This document shows positions 8,824 to 17,557 of a DNA stretch of 32,000 nucleotides, in pieces. A program made the translations under genes and the position numbers. The DNA is from an uncultured archaeon. Its GTDB lineage: Archaea; Asgardarchaeota; Thorarchaeia; Thorarchaeales; Thorarchaeaceae. The first letter of the stretch is position 1. Each line of letters begins with the position of its first letter. The notes below the pieces were generated by a model that was not told where the DNA came from, did no database searches, and saw nothing but the letters and a program-made list of their open reading frames with translations. Location of the stretch: positions 17,432 through 49,431 of the forward strand of contig CAZYLT010000004.1 of NCBI GenBank assembly GCA_964648855.1, in the 5' to 3' direction.

Positions 8824-9408
8824 TTGCCTAGCTGTGAGCTTTGCGGCAGACAGATGAAGGGACGAGGACGAGACATCACAATAGACGGTGTCGAGATGAA
8901 TGTCTGCCCACAATGCGCATCCAAGTTTGGTGGAAATGCAAAGGAAAAGGAAACGATAAGTAGAGCCCCCTCATCGGGCCGTCGACCTGCTTGGTCAGGT
9001 CGGTCTTCATACCCGCGTTCCTCACCCCAAAAATCATCAGGTACGAGCCAACGAAGTAGTCCAACAAGGAAGTCCACTAAACGCAGGGGTGGACCACATC
9101 TAGATGAAATGGTCCTGATAAAAGACTATGCGGACACTATTCGTTCAGCCAGACAAAGGAAAGGACTAAATCAGGAGGAACTGGCACAGGCCATCGGAGA
9201 GCGGATTACTACTCTGCAGTCAATTGAAGCTGGAAAACTGAAACCAACTCAAAAGGTGATTCGAGGGCTGGAGCGAGAATTGGGAATTTCATTATTGGAG
9301 GCTATTGGAACGGTTCCTCTCAAGAAACTAAGAGGAAAGAAAGCAGGTGGCCCCACACTTGGTGATGTTGTGAAAGTAAAAAGAAAGAAGTCACAGAAGA
9401 GTGATTGA
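8824..9408 (+). CDS. mbf1: Archaeal multiprotein bridging factor aMBF1 (Zn ribbon + HTH)
   Basis: CELCG...VCPQCASKFG zinc ribbon; DYADTIRSARQRKGLNQEELA HTH; C-terminal TLGDVV. Confidence 0.92.
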   Translation: MPSCELCGRQMKGRGRDITIDGVEMNVCPQCASKFGGNAKEKETISRAPSSGRRPAWSGRSSYPRSSPQKSSGTSQRSSPTRKSTKRRGGPHLDEMVLIKDYADTIRSARQRKGLNQEELAQAIGERITTLQSIEAGKLKPTQKVIRGLERELGISLLEAIGTVPLKKLRGKKAGGPTLGDVVKVKRKKSQKSD

Positions 9409-9563
9409 ATCGCCTAGATGAGAGTTTCTAATGGGTAAAGAACAGCTCTTATATATCATGTAACCAAATAATATACTAGATGCACAGCTTTGGGCTTGAA
9501 CTTCTGAAACTGATACAGGTCCAGTCATATAGCCAAATATAGCAGCTTAGGTGAAATCAGCAA

Positions 9564-10088
9564 ATGTCAAAATCAAGCTTCAACAATGACCTATTCAGAC
9601 TCGTAGTGGAAGAGATAGCTGGGAAAGAGGGGGTAGAGGTTGCTACGGTACTAGTGAACTCGGATGAAACAACGGATGAGGAGATAGCCACCAAGACTGA
9701 TTTGAAGCTTAATGTTGTGAGAAAGATTCTGTATAATCTGCATGATAATCATCTGGCATCATATCGTAGAATTCGTGATAGCAATACAGGTTGGTTTCTT
9801 TATTACTGGCGAATTGATCCGAAGAAGGCGCAGGCACTTGTGAATAGAAAGAAACGAATGGTGCTGAATCTTCTTGAACAAAGATTAGAACACGAGAGTA
9901 ACAATGACTTGTATGCCTGTGTAAATCGTGATTCCTCACCCGTTCCTTTTGAAGAGGCAATGAGTCTATCATTTAGGTGTCCAAACTGTAATGAACCCCT
10001 TGAGTTTGTGGATAATGCCAAGGCCGTAAGTTTTCTCAAGAAGCGTGTAGAGGAACTTAAGGCAGATTTGGAAACAGCTTCTACATAG
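9564..10088 (+). CDS. tfe: Transcription factor E (TFE / TFIIE alpha)
   Basis: TDEEIA...VRKILYNL...GWFLYYW winged helix; YAC...FEEAMSLSFRCPNCNEPLEFVDN zinc ribbon; GGTGA RBS. Confidence 0.95.
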   Translation: MSKSSFNNDLFRLVVEEIAGKEGVEVATVLVNSDETTDEEIATKTDLKLNVVRKILYNLHDNHLASYRRIRDSNTGWFLYYWRIDPKKAQALVNRKKRMVLNLLEQRLEHESNNDLYACVNRDSSPVPFEEAMSLSFRCPNCNEPLEFVDNAKAVSFLKKRVEELKADLETAST

Positions 10089-10112
10089 TGCGCGTTCATT
10101 TTAGGAATACTT

Positions 10113-10895
10113 GTGGTCAGACAAATAGAAGGCGTTAGTGAAATGATAGAATTAACCTTACTAGCCCGTATATACGGAGATTATCAGAATAGGCTTCTTC
10201 GTGATTTTGAGAGAGATCTTCATGAGAGGACGTCTGAGCTGGACATTCGGATTAGAAAAGTTTCAACTGATGAGAGGGGTCATATCATTGTGGCTGTGGA
10301 TGGAGAAGATGAAGAATTTGTCAGAAATACCCTAGCATCGGAATATGGAACAACTAATTCGTTCGAGTCCATTTCAACAACAAGTGAATATTCTGGACAG
10401 CTTCGAGACGTGGGAAAGGTGGGGTATGGAATCTATGTCGATATTGGTGTTACCGATCCTTCGATGAGTGATGCATTGGTACCGTTGCATAAGCTTCGTT
10501 CTCAGTTTGAGATGAGTGCATCTGTACGGACTATTGCAGGCTCTTTTGTACTCGTAGACAATTTTCCTGTCACAGTCAAAGTTTTGCACAAAGACGAAAG
10601 AAAGCTTGAGATTGAAGCTGAATTTACACCACAATTAATCGACCAATTGGATACGTGGAGCAATGACGATCATCAGCGGCTCCTAGTATTTGGCGCCAAT
10701 TGCGATATGGTCGATAGTGCACTTGAACGGACAAATCATAGACAGGATATCTACGAGATTGAGAGATTAGGACCATTCGAGTTCTCTCTGAGATGCAAAC
10801 GTTCCACACGAGCAACAGGTATTATCGCTGCTATAGGGCCAATATTGAGAGGTGTTCCTATGCACCTCTTCATACCTCGAGAAATAGGTGACTAG
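10113..10895 (+). CDS. DUF2110 family protein
   Basis: GEDEEFVRNTLASEYG and GKVGYGIYVDIG motifs. Position downstream of tfe is typical in archaea. Confidence 0.8.
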   Translation: MVRQIEGVSEMIELTLLARIYGDYQNRLLRDFERDLHERTSELDIRIRKVSTDERGHIIVAVDGEDEEFVRNTLASEYGTTNSFESISTTSEYSGQLRDVGKVGYGIYVDIGVTDPSMSDALVPLHKLRSQFEMSASVRTIAGSFVLVDNFPVTVKVLHKDERKLEIEAEFTPQLIDQLDTWSNDDHQRLLVFGANCDMVDSALERTNHRQDIYEIERLGPFEFSLRCKRSTRATGIIAAIGPILRGVPMHLFIPREIGD

Positions 10896-11577
10896 TCGTA
10901 TGCCACGCCTTGATGTCTGGCTGGTTGAGAATGGTCACTTTTCATCAAGACAAATGGCTAAGAGAGCTATCAAACAAGGATTAGTAATAGTAAACGGAGA
11001 AGAAGCAAAACCCTCGAAACGAGTTACTGGAAAAGAAAACATTGTAATTTCCCCGAAAGCAAAGAACTATCCTGGGGGCTATTTCAAGCTCAAGAGGTTG
11101 GATGAGTTATTTCCGAAACTTCAGTTTAATCAAGATATGGACGCGATTGATATCGGGAGCTCTGCGGGAGGATTTCTACATTATTTGAAAGACAAGGGCA
11201 TGAGAGTTACTGGCATTGAGATTTCAGAGCAATTTGTAAAGATGCTAATTCCGCTTGTCCAGAACAATGAAGCTTTGTCTCTTATTGTTGCGGACGCATT
11301 TGAACTGGAGCCTGAGAAAGTCTTTGAGAAGAGGCAGTTTGATGTGTTGTTGATTGATGTGACCACAGAGATGGAGGGGACATTGGAACTCATTTTGTCA
11401 TATCGTTCCATATTGAGGTCAGGTGGAATATTGATTGCTGCATTCAAATGTAATACAACTAATAATAACCAAAAGCACTTAGTAAGAGAGGTGGGAAGCA
11501 TGGGATTTGATTCTTTGAGGACAGTGGTCTTAGATGAATCAACTCAAGAGATCCACGTAGTAGGAAATAGACAATAA
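10888..11577 (+). CDS. S4-domain + FtsJ-like RNA methyltransferase (TlyA-like)
   Basis: RLDVWLVENGHFSSRQMAKRAIKQGLVIVNG S4 domain; DIGSSAGGF SAM-binding motif. Confidence 0.85.
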   Translation: MTSRMPRLDVWLVENGHFSSRQMAKRAIKQGLVIVNGEEAKPSKRVTGKENIVISPKAKNYPGGYFKLKRLDELFPKLQFNQDMDAIDIGSSAGGFLHYLKDKGMRVTGIEISEQFVKMLIPLVQNNEALSLIVADAFELEPEKVFEKRQFDVLLIDVTTEMEGTLELILSYRSILRSGGILIAAFKCNTTNNNQKHLVREVGSMGFDSLRTVVLDESTQEIHVVGNRQ

Positions 11578-11614
11578 GTAATTCTTTTATGGTGACAAAC
11601 AGGCACTGGTTTTA

Positions 11615-11692
11615 GGGCCGCTAGTCTAGCCCGGCTATGATGTCTCGCTTACACCGAGAAGATCGGTGGTTCAAATCCGCCGCGGCCCACCA
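11615..11692 (+). tRNA. tRNA-Val(TAC), no intron
   Basis: GGGCCGC/GCGGCCC-A-CCA; TCTCG-CTTACAC-CGAGA; GGTGG-TTCAAAT-CCGCC. Confidence 0.96.
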
Positions 11693-11778
11693 TATTTCTT
11701 AATCACAGTATGAAATCAAGGTAGATGGATTGCCTACTATGGGTAAGATTGACTGTTTAGATGCAGCGATATTGTCTG

Positions 11779-12816
11779 CTAGCCTTCGTACATCTCTCTC
11801 ATCTTTGCTTTAGTAGGATTCTCGACTACTCCCTTCTCAGTGATGATTGCGGTGATGAGTTCGGGTGGCGTTATGTCGAATGCTGGGTTGTAGACCTTAG
11901 CATCGGGAGGAGTCACATACTCTCCATTAATGATGCGTATCTCGTCTGGATCCCGTTCTTCAATGTCAACACTTTCCGGTCCGTTGTCAATATCCACTGT
12001 ACTCGTAGGAGCAACAACATAGAAGGGAATATTGTGATGTTTCGCTGTGATGGCCATGGTGTAAGTTCCTATCTTATTAGTGACGTGTCCAGTTCCCAGA
12101 ATTCTGTCACTTCCAACTACACAGCAGTCAACCATTCCCTGTTTGAAGACGGTTCCAATCATGCCATCAGTGATTAATGTAGTGTCTATATTATCCTCCA
12201 TAAATTCGTAAACCGTCAATCTGGCTCCTTGTTGACGGGGACGAGTTTCTGCAGCAAATACACTGATATTTCCACCATGTTCTTCATGGGCTACTCTGAC
12301 CACTGCACCTACTGTGCCAAGATGGACTGTCGCCAGAGAACCGGCATTACAGATTGTCTGGATTGTGGCGCCGGATTCAATGAAGGGCAAAGCGTTTTCG
12401 CCAATAGCCCTGCACATTCGTACATCTTCTTCAGCAATTTCCTTTGCTTCCTCAATAAGTCGATCAATAATAGATTCAACATCACCCTCGGTTGCCTTTG
12501 CAACTTGCAGCATTCGATTAGTCGCCCATGTCAAGTTCACAGCAGTGGGACGAGTGTTTAGGGTTTCAGCAGCAGTTTCCAAGTCTGAAATTAGCTGTTT
12601 CTTGGTTTCTGCGTTACTTTGCAAAGCAGCCAGTGCCATTCCCATTGCTGCAGCCGCACCTATGGCGGGAGCACCTCGGATTTCCATGACTTTGATAGAT
12701 TCCGCTATGCGCTCATGGCTTCCAGTCACGATGAAAGCCTTGGTCAGTGGCAACTTTGTTTGGTCCACTAGTCGCACCTGGTTTTTTTCGTCTAACCATT
12801 CTATTGTCCGGTACAT
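11779..12816 (-). CDS. mtnA: S-methyl-5-thioribose-1-phosphate isomerase (eIF2B-like family)
   Basis: DQTKLP, MEIRGAPAIG, RPTAVNL, CNAGSLAT, ETRPxxQGARLT, NKIGTY, NPAFDITP. Confidence 0.9.
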   Translation of the reverse strand: MYRTIEWLDEKNQVRLVDQTKLPLTKAFIVTGSHERIAESIKVMEIRGAPAIGAAAAMGMALAALQSNAETKKQLISDLETAAETLNTRPTAVNLTWATNRMLQVAKATEGDVESIIDRLIEEAKEIAEEDVRMCRAIGENALPFIESGATIQTICNAGSLATVHLGTVGAVVRVAHEEHGGNISVFAAETRPRQQGARLTVYEFMEDNIDTTLITDGMIGTVFKQGMVDCCVVGSDRILGTGHVTNKIGTYTMAITAKHHNIPFYVVAPTSTVDIDNGPESVDIEERDPDEIRIINGEYVTPPDAKVYNPAFDITPPELITAIITEKGVVENPTKAKMREMYEG

Positions 12817-12829
12817 CTTACTTACCTCT

Positions 12830-13318
12830 CTAGTATGTTTTCAAGATAGAGTCAATCATGCTAATAAGCTTCTTACCGATGACTTCCAATTCTGGAGTCA
12901 TCCCCTCACCAAATTGGATATTTTGAGGTTGAATTCCTATCAAAATTGTGTCTGCATCGGTTTGTTGTTCAAGGTATTCCATCAACAGTGAGAGAGGCAT
13001 GCTATGCGTGCTGATAGCAATGCCTCCAATTCGATCCTTTGTGACTAGCTCGATATGTCCCACAGGTTTTTGCATATCTGCAGCGTCGATAAGAATGACG
13101 CGATCAGCCCCAAATTCGGAGATTTTTCTTGTAAATGCCTCGGGTACAGATCCAACGTCTTTAATCAATACTTTATCATTGTTGGTCTGCAGATTGTCAA
13201 CTACAAAAGGTCCAATTCCGTCGTCTGTTCTTAGGTCGTTTCCTATACCTAGGATTGCTACTCTTTTGCTATTGGACAGGAATTGCATGAGCTGTTCGGT
13301 CAATGCTGGATCAATCAC
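12830..13318 (-). CDS. hycI: Hydrogenase maturation endopeptidase (HycI type)
   Basis: LGIGNDLRTDDGIG, VPE, IDAA, STHSMPL, IGIQP. Confidence 0.9.
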   Translation of the reverse strand: MIDPALTEQLMQFLSNSKRVAILGIGNDLRTDDGIGPFVVDNLQTNNDKVLIKDVGSVPEAFTRKISEFGADRVILIDAADMQKPVGHIELVTKDRIGGIAISTHSMPLSLLMEYLEQQTDADTILIGIQPQNIQFGEGMTPELEVIGKKLISMIDSILKTY

Positions 13319-13405
13319 ATGGAGGGGGTATCTTGTTTATGCTATAGTTCTTATCATCTGTCATGTCGAAGAGTTTTTCACACTAGTTATGCCGCCCACA
13401 TATGA

Positions 13406-14041
13406 GTGTCAAAATTGTCTGAGAAGTATAACTCCGAGGAATCGGAGGAGGAGTCAAATATGGAGCTGAATCAAGAGGAATCGGAGGAGGAGGAGGAGGA
13501 ACCTTCTAAGGCAATCTTCGGCAAGACAAAAGCAATTGTTGACAAAAAAGATGCTGATAGAATTTCACAGCAAGGATTCTATGGAGAGAGGTTACCAAGT
13601 GGAGAACTAGAGCTATCTTCTATTGAAACACTTCATCTGATTGAACGAAGTCGGATTGTAGTTGAGGACCGTGCTGGGAATATCATGGACGCAGAAGACA
13701 TTGTGAGTAAAGTTTCCCAAAGGGAAAAAACTCTCTGGAGTAAGTATCTTGTATTTCGTGACCTTAGAAGTCGCGGTTATGCTGTTAGATCAGGATTCGG
13801 TTCAGGTATTGGGTTTAGAGTATATGAGAGAGGTGACAAGCCAGGAAACTCCGTTGCAAATCAGTTGGTATACGTCTTGAAGGAGGCCGACCCCATATCG
13901 CTGAACGAGCTAGATTTGGTAACGGAAACAGCTGCTACGTCAAGAAAAGAACTTGTTTTTGCGCTGGTTGATCAAAATGGGGAGGTCAACTATTACACTG
14001 TAGCAAGAACTGAATTGCAGACAATAGGAGATGGTGAATAA
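13406..14041 (+). CDS. endA: tRNA-splicing endonuclease subunit, probably the non-catalytic (structural) type
   Basis: LELSSIETLHL, YLVFRDLRSRGY, FRVYERG, RKELVFALVDQNGEVNYY. The catalytic His is absent and KYG is replaced by GSG. Alternative start ATG at 13460. Confidence 0.85.
   Translation: MSKLSEKYNSEESEEESNMELNQEESEEEEEEPSKAIFGKTKAIVDKKDADRISQQGFYGERLPSGELELSSIETLHLIERSRIVVEDRAGNIMDAEDIVSKVSQREKTLWSKYLVFRDLRSRGYAVRSGFGSGIGFRVYERGDKPGNSVANQLVYVLKEADPISLNELDLVTETAATSRKELVFALVDQNGEVNYYTVARTELQTIGDGE
13436..13492 (+). repeat. 18-bp direct repeat GAGGAATCGGAGGAGGAG (13436-13453 and 13475-13492)
   Basis: Read directly; encodes the duplicated EESEEE in the acidic N-terminus of the endonuclease subunit. 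Confidence 0.8.
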
Positions 14042-15318
14042 TGAGGAAAGATTGGATTGATGATGATAATTATGAGGAAGAGATAGTCACTCTGAACGCG
14101 TTCTTTGATGACCATACGATGAGTGTACATCTTGTAGAAAACAATCCGCCTCGTGCAAAACGGGGTTCGCCAGGAGATTGGAGTCTAGTAAAACTCTCTG
14201 ATAGACTTCTTACACATGAAGAGTTGGACACGCTTGCCAAGGCAATAATGGAAACTGCAACGTATGACAGAGAGTCATTCATCGAAATTGAAGAAGATGG
14301 TGCGGCAGTTGTGCAGCTGAGAAACTTGCGAATAGCAATTGCAATGCCACCCTTTGCTGACAAATATGAGATATCCGCTATACGACCTATTATTAAACTC
14401 TCTATGGATGACTACCATCTTAGTTCTAAACTTATGAAACGACTTGAAACACGAGCCGAAGGAATACTCGTAACAGGGTCACCCGGCTCGGGAAAGAGTA
14501 CCTTTTCTGCGGCATTAGCCGAATTCTATAGTTCCAAAGATAATATTGTAAAAACACTGGAACAACCGAGAGACTTGCAAGTGGATGATGAAATAGTACA
14601 GTATTCACCACTTGATGGAAGTATGGAGAAGGCAGCTGATATCTTGCTACTAGTTCGTCCTGATTATGTAATATATGACGAGCTGAGAAAAGATGCAGAT
14701 TTTCAAGCGTATTCTGATTTGAGATCCGCAGGCGTTGGCATGGTCGGCGTGGTTCATGCAGGCTCCCCAATAGATGCGATTCAGAGATTAATGTTGGGAG
14801 GTCGTGTTGAACTCGGTCAACTGCCCAGTACAGTAGACACTGTTATTCATATCGAAGCTGGGTTGGTTGCCAAGGTAGTTTCGCTTTCGCTTAAGGTAAA
14901 ATTGCCAACGGGTATGAGCAGTTCGAAGAGAGACCTAGCTAGACCGGTTATTGAGGTAAGAGATTTTGAGCAGGGATGGCTAGAATATGAGATCTTTACA
15001 TTTGGTGGCGAGAAGGTAGTTGTACCCGTCAAAGGCGGTAGTCCAAGAACTGATAAACAGGATAGATCGAGATACAGGGGGGTTCCTGGACAGACTGTGC
15101 CGGTTTCTGTCAGTTACTCCAAGAAGAAAGTGAAAGTGTATGCTGGCAGAAAGTACTCCAAACAACGGTTGGAGATTTATGCAGATGATATCTATCTCTT
15201 CACCACTGTAATCGGCAAAAATGGTGAGAGCTCGATTCGCATTAAGACTAGGCAGGGTAGCATGTTAGTTGATGCTATGGAAGAGGGTGCTGAAATCTCC
15301 GCAAGGGTAGCACAATAG
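14041..15318 (+). CDS. PINA-like (PilT/VirB11-class) ATPase lacking the PIN and KH domains
   Basis: FFDDHTMSVHL...RAKRGSPGDW (post-PIN segment of PINA); Walker A GSPGSGKST; KTLEQPRDLQ; LLLVRPDYVIYDE; GVGMVGVVHA; C-terminal YLFTTVIGKNGE. Confidence 0.85.
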   Translation: MRKDWIDDDNYEEEIVTLNAFFDDHTMSVHLVENNPPRAKRGSPGDWSLVKLSDRLLTHEELDTLAKAIMETATYDRESFIEIEEDGAAVVQLRNLRIAIAMPPFADKYEISAIRPIIKLSMDDYHLSSKLMKRLETRAEGILVTGSPGSGKSTFSAALAEFYSSKDNIVKTLEQPRDLQVDDEIVQYSPLDGSMEKAADILLLVRPDYVIYDELRKDADFQAYSDLRSAGVGMVGVVHAGSPIDAIQRLMLGGRVELGQLPSTVDTVIHIEAGLVAKVVSLSLKVKLPTGMSSSKRDLARPVIEVRDFEQGWLEYEIFTFGGEKVVVPVKGGSPRTDKQDRSRYRGVPGQTVPVSVSYSKKKVKVYAGRKYSKQRLEIYADDIYLFTTVIGKNGESSIRIKTRQGSMLVDAMEEGAEISARVAQ

Positions 15319-15367
15319 GCGGGAGCGCAAAACGTTTAACACCAACTTGGAATCTCGACGCATCGAA

Positions 15368-15475
15368 GGGCCCGTGGCCTAGCCGGGAATCTTAGGGTTT
15401 GTTTCCTATGTCGGTCCATAGGGCACTTGCCTCCTAAGCAAGTTTTCGCCGGTTCGAATCCGGCCGGGCCCGCCA
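15368..15475 (+). tRNA. tRNA-Arg(CCT) with 30-nt D-loop intron (15388-15417)
   Basis: GGGCCCG/CGGGCCC-G-CCA; CTTGC-CTCCTAA-GCAAG; GCCGG-TTCGAAT-CCGGC. BHB helix GCCG/CGGT, bulges GG|A and CC|A. Confidence 0.93.
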
Positions 15476-15488
15476 TCCATAGTCTGAG

Positions 15489-16169
15489 TTATTCCAAAAT
15501 GTATGAGTGTGTTTCAGTACCCACATGAACCTGGGTCGTCATTCCTACGAACAAACCAGTTTCAATTATTCCAGGAATCAGCTTTAATTGTATCGCAATT
15601 TTCCCGGGGTCCTCTATCGGTTTGGGAAACTTCAAATCGAGAATAAAGTTTCCATTATCGGTTATGACAGGCCCTATTTTTCTTTTTGCTTCTCTTATAC
15701 TAACTTCAATATCCATTGCTTCGATTTTTCGTCTGACTACTCCCAGAGAGAAGGGAAGCACTTCTATGGGAATTGGCGATTTGGTTGACAAGTTATCTAC
15801 CAGTTTTGATTCGTCCACGACAATATGGAGTTCATCCGATGCCGATGCAACAATTTTCTCTTGAAAGAGTGCTCCCCCTCCACCCTTTGTCAGATTTAGG
15901 TTCTTATCTACCTCATCAGCACCATCGATTGTAGTGGAAAGAAGGGGATTCAAATCTAGATTTGTAAGTGGAATCGAGTATTTAATCGCGAGCTGGTATG
16001 CTTGATAGGAACTAGGAACAACCTTCACATTGAGTTGCGCTTCCCGGATTTTCTTCCCGAGCTCTTTCGCGAATATTGCGACTGTAGAGCCACTACCCAA
16101 ACCAATAGCTCCACCATCTGGAACCACATTTAATGCACTCATTGCAGCTTCCTGTTTTGCGTTCGGCAT
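15489..16169 (-). CDS. rpiA: Ribose-5-phosphate isomerase A
   Basis: IGLGSGST, IDGADEVD, KGGGGALFQEKIVA, TDNGNFILD. Confidence 0.97.
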   Translation of the reverse strand: MPNAKQEAAMSALNVVPDGGAIGLGSGSTVAIFAKELGKKIREAQLNVKVVPSSYQAYQLAIKYSIPLTNLDLNPLLSTTIDGADEVDKNLNLTKGGGGALFQEKIVASASDELHIVVDESKLVDNLSTKSPIPIEVLPFSLGVVRRKIEAMDIEVSIREAKRKIGPVITDNGNFILDLKFPKPIEDPGKIAIQLKLIPGIIETGLFVGMTTQVHVGTETHSYILE

Positions 16170-16241
16170 GATTCTTTCTCCCTAAATGATTGCTCAAAGC
16201 TTGCCGTGTTCAAGAATTCAACTTAATGAGTGGAATAAAAA

Positions 16242-16448
16242 CTAATGCATGGACTCCAAGGATATTTCCTTGATTTGTAATCTAGACCTGTAATATACCG
16301 CCCAGCCCCCGTGTGAGGTTCTTGACAAAATCACATGATTCCTTTTCTTCAAGTTTCTTGCAAGTCGAACCGCTTCAGTGCCATGCTCAAATACTTTAGC
16401 GAGATGATAGACATTGTCGCCTATTGTTCGACGTTGAGTTGGCTCCAT
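16242..16448 (-). CDS. Small hypothetical protein (68 aa)
   Basis: ATG-started ORF filling an intergenic gap. Alternating beta/alpha pattern ending in GGWAVYYR. Confidence 0.6.
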   Translation of the reverse strand: MEPTQRRTIGDNVYHLAKVFEHGTEAVRLARNLKKRNHVILSRTSHGGWAVYYRSRLQIKEISLESMH

Positions 16449-16549
16449 ACAATACTCTGGTCTTGTAATCGCTAATAACTGCCACTTGAAAGATTCTGTG
16501 GATATTGTGTCCTTATATCAGGAAAAATGTCTGTCCTGTTGTTTTTTGT

Positions 16550-17557
16550 TCAATCGCCACTCATAAGGGCCTTGAGACGTTCCATTTCCGCAAGCATCTC
16601 AGATTGTAGTGAGCTCTTACTTCCACTGGTAGAAGACTTGGTAACAGTATCTGCGGCAGCAGACATTTCAGCTGGTGTAGCATCAGCACCCGGTGGGCCA
16701 GCACTTGGGGCACTACCCGGTGGGCCTCCACTAGGGGTGGTACTTCCTGGAGGGCCTGCACTAGTTGCACTGCCGCCTGGGGGGCCTGCACTTGGAGTAG
16801 CACTGCCACTTGGGGGGCCGCCACTTGGAGGTCCACCGCTTGGGGGGCCGCCGCCCGGCGGGCCACCGGTTGGGGAACCAGCACTTGCGGCACTATCGCT
16901 TGGGGGGGTGTCTAATGGAGGTCCAGCTTCCGGTGGTTCTGTTGGCGCAGTAGGTTCAACTGCTGAAGTTGGAGGCCCAACACTAGGTGGACCGGCCTCT
17001 TCCGTATCTGATTCCACAGCAGTTCCAGACATTGCTGCCAATTTCTGCAAGTAGTCAGATCGTGCTTTGTCAATAGCTGTATCGGCATCAACAATGTCCT
17101 TTAGATCCTGGTCTTTGGCAATCGCTGATTGTACAGCTGCAAGCCTATTATTGTAGACAGTGGCTATTTTCTCTGCAATCTCAGGATCAAGGTCACCTTG
17201 ATTTGAATAATAATCGGCTGCAGATAGAGCCTGCTTGATTGCGTTCTCTTCTATTTTTAGGAAAACAAGAGCGTCGGAAGGACTTGCGATAAATCCTAGT
17301 TTCTTTGTCCCGGATATGCCACTGGAAACGTCTCCAGTGGATGCAATGATTCTTTGTATGCCTTGTGCCACATCGTCTCTTGTTGCACCACGTCTCCGTA
17401 CAACCAGTACCAGTATGATGACCATGAGGGGTGCAATTGTTATGATGTAGAACCATGCAAGGGGGCCAAAAGGAATTCCAAGTGGTTGGAAAATGTCAGC
17501 TAGATTCTGAAATAATTCAAAGATGAATCTCGTAAATTGGTTGTAAGGGGTTTGCAA
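16550..17557 (-). CDS. Membrane-anchored protein with helical domain, GPP-repeat region and C-terminal amphipathic helix
   Basis: TM segment WFYIITIAPLMVIILVLVV followed by RRR; helical region; 11 GPP motifs; ends SLQSEMLAEMERLKALMSGD. GGTGA RBS upstream of the TTG start. Confidence 0.85.
   Translation of the reverse strand: MQTPYNQFTRFIFELFQNLADIFQPLGIPFGPLAWFYIITIAPLMVIILVLVVRRRGATRDDVAQGIQRIIASTGDVSSGISGTKKLGFIASPSDALVFLKIEENAIKQALSAADYYSNQGDLDPEIAEKIATVYNNRLAAVQSAIAKDQDLKDIVDADTAIDKARSDYLQKLAAMSGTAVESDTEEAGPPSVGPPTSAVEPTAPTEPPEAGPPLDTPPSDSAASAGSPTGGPPGGGPPSGGPPSGGPPSGSATPSAGPPGGSATSAGPPGSTTPSGGPPGSAPSAGPPGADATPAEMSAAADTVTKSSTSGSKSSLQSEMLAEMERLKALMSGD
16690..17000 (-). repeat. Coding GPP tandem repeats (GGPPS x3 at 5-aa period; SxxxSAGPPG at about 10-aa period)
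   Basis: GC-rich degenerate 15-nt and 30-nt repeats visible in both DNA and protein. Confidence 0.85.

Noticed and set aside
12340-12360. mtnA TICN instead of the common THCN
   Set aside because: The catalytic Cys is retained, and as I recall TICN also occurs in Bacillus subtilis MtnA.
12314-13469. Long plus-strand ORFs of 225 and 173 aa
   Set aside because: Antisense shadows of mtnA and hycI.
16690-17000. GC-rich repeats as a possible CRISPR array or collagen domain
   Set aside because: In-frame coding repeats without unique spacers. The period is 5 or 10 aa, not Gly-X-Y triplets.
16527-17054. 175-aa GGPP-rich plus-strand ORF
   Set aside because: Antisense mirror of the GC-rich repeat gene (GGN/CCN codon symmetry); no RBS.
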